DNA of 63,145 nucleotides, the filler included, from Diploschistes diacapsis (Eukaryota): the NCBI GenBank assembly GCA_023645945.1. It is 15 parts of 15 records of this genome, joined end to end, with 100 filler letters (N's around TTAATTAATTAA, not from the genome) between each part and the next. Parts side by side here need not be neighbours in the genome. Positions count along the whole stretch, not along the records: positions 61,710 to 63,145 come from JALAIB010003097.1; 14 more parts are not named here. One strand, written 5' to 3'. Positions 62,971 to 63,145 of this stretch are shown piece after piece. How positions within the stretch are numbered: position 1 is the stretch's first letter; every line of letters starts with the position of its first letter. Both the position numbers and the translations under genes were made by a program. The notes beneath the pieces were generated by a model that worked only from the letters and a program-made list of their open reading frames with translations, did not search any database and was not told where the DNA came from.

Positions 62971-63145
62971 TCTTTTAACTTCTCGTAATCGATCCGTCGA
63001 ACGAATTTAACTTTCCCGTTCTATCGCTCGTTACAAAATCTTTATTATTCTTTTTTATAAATATTGTTTTTTTAACGACAAGTTTTGATTCGTTATATTA
63101 TCTGGTTTTAAAATTTTAAAATATTCGGAATACGTACGTTATAAT

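Overview
Eukaryotic DNA from a filamentous ascomycete (Pezizomycotina): short GT-AG introns with CTRAC branch sites and RIP-mutated transposon relics. The window is not one locus. It is 15 contigs joined by 14 artificial 100-bp spacers (N44-TTAATTAATTAA-N44). Two gene-dense contigs of about 21.5 kb (1-21522, 29335-50845) carry mostly conserved genes: GDA1, APC13, POL12, PDR16-like, eIF2B-delta, two complex I subunits, a Shg1/BOD1-domain RD-repeat protein, RPS29, DUF1264, a GPI-anchored Cu-only SOD, an SMP/LEA-like protein, MRPL37, a Mis18/yippee-like protein, palC, TAF3 and TAF7. They also carry two pseudogenes (PTH11-like, spherulin-4). The other thirteen contigs are about 1.44 kb each and are mostly AT-rich, nested Copia, Gypsy, pogo/Fot1 and hAT fragments. 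Best candidate for an undescribed system: a head-to-head pair of a non-canonical HSPA12-type Hsp70 (19154-20972) and a single-pass membrane protein whose cytoplasmic tail ends in a GrpE/MIEAP-like motif set (17133 to about 18394). This suggests a receptor-tethered nucleotide-exchange factor with its own Hsp70. Gene models were spliced by eye and family calls come from recalled motifs; no searches were run.
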